A stretch of 64,000 nucleotides of DNA from Laetmonice hystrix. Taxonomy: Eukaryota. Position 1 is the stretch's first letter; each line of letters opens with the position of its first letter. Location: positions 34,658,001 through 34,722,000 of the forward strand of contig OZ249442.1 of assembly GCA_965235115.1 (NCBI GenBank), in the 5' to 3' direction. Shown piece after piece: positions 62,991 to 64,000 of this stretch. Under the pieces are notes generated by a model that worked only from the letters and a program-made list of their open reading frames with translations, did not search any database and was not told the origin of the DNA. The position numbers and the translations under genes are program-made.

Positions 62991-63454
62991 GGTCTTTGCC
63001 TGAAGCCCAACTCCCGTGGTGGATCGATCAATGTGTACCGATGCTTGCCCATTGCAAAGCACAGAAGAATGTGTCATTATCCGTCATAAATCAGATTTGT
63101 TATGACAATAGATCATGATTGAAATGATTATGATTTGTCTTTTCCTGAATATAAACAAAAAACTTGCCGTTAACGATCGTCCATGAGCAAGTTTCTCTAG
63201 CGAATGATGAAAATGAATGTGAAAGAAGCAGTTTGACCTAAAAAAACCTCACCTTGAGTGATGTGCCTTGTCGGAGTGGGGCAGGTCTACAGAGCTGTGA
63301 ACACAATCAACATGTCATCGTTCACCCCATAAATCATCCTCCAGAAAAACACGCGCTCCATCTTCTTAAAAGCAGATTATTTGTCCGGGGCGCAAAGCAC
63401 TCAGAAGATTTTCTCTCTGCTGTCAGTTAAATAAATTATTGCCCTGTCTTTATT

Positions 63455-63476
63455 TACGAGGGGCATTCATTTCCAG
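63455..63476 (+). mobile_element. Solo mariner-like terminus TACGAGGGGCATTCA
   Basis: Matches a typical mariner TIR start; no partner end in the window. Confidence 0.3.
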
Positions 63477-64000
63477 TCTTTAATCAGTAAACAATGTGCA
63501 ATCAAATCTTGAATGGAGAAAAATGCTTTCAATCAAGCTTAATTTGGAGTGATTTAGTTTCTATTAATGCACAGCAAATAGGAAAGAAGGCTACGTAAAA
63601 AGATGATGTGTCTGACACCGGCTTCTTTCACACACTGCTGTGGAATGTTTTAGGCCTCCTTGCCCCCTCCCCCCCCCTCCACAACAACCAGCATTTCGGC
63701 GTCCCATTGACGGTAAAAGGGGCCGGAAGAGCGACGCAGCGTCCGCCTCGGTCTGGTGTTGTGACCTGGATTAGCGCCCCCTAGCGAGGAGTCTCTGCAC
63801 TGATCCCAGCTGCCAACTTCTAATGGCCTTTCTTACAGCAAACCTCTCCACGGCGCTTCTTCACGGCATGGCTCGAGAAAACATTAAAGATGCAATTCAC
63901 GAAACGACATGTCATCTGGCATTTAAATGAGACTAAGAGTTATTAAATAAGGGTAGGGTTGTCGGCGTTAATCTTGTGCGCTGGTCCTGAGTCGGCACAG

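Overview
Animal genomic DNA, most likely a bilaterian invertebrate; the species cannot be determined from this window. It holds part of a TOX-family (thymocyte selection-associated HMG-box) gene on the + strand. Two exons are well supported: 53762-54430 (TFHTPSFGDEDFNIPPI...SDDSLPLAQ) and 55737-55858 (LAMKR...KKSKTPKKRKKKDPNEPQK). A plausible upstream exon at 18214-18285 would imply a ~35.5 kb intron. I could not find the HMG-box exons; they probably lie beyond base 64000. The rest is intron-like or intergenic DNA. About a quarter of the window is about 25 distinct minisatellite arrays, several with higher-order structure. There are also MITE-like elements, tRNA-derived SINE fragments, a ~700 bp fold-back, many poly-G/C tracts, about 15 CTCF-like motifs and a 129-N assembly gap. 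Almost all long ORFs in the supplied track are tandem-repeat artefacts. No CRISPR array, rRNA or intact tRNA was found. The most unusual observations: unit lengths of many arrays cluster near multiples of the 10.5 bp helical turn; one 20-copy array carries a U6 snRNA-like ACAGAGA-box segment; a symmetric head-to-head ATGGCGACG promoter-like cassette sits at 21.3 kb; and a Harbinger-like MITE carries convergent CTCF-like motifs. All four are hypotheses, not an established new system.
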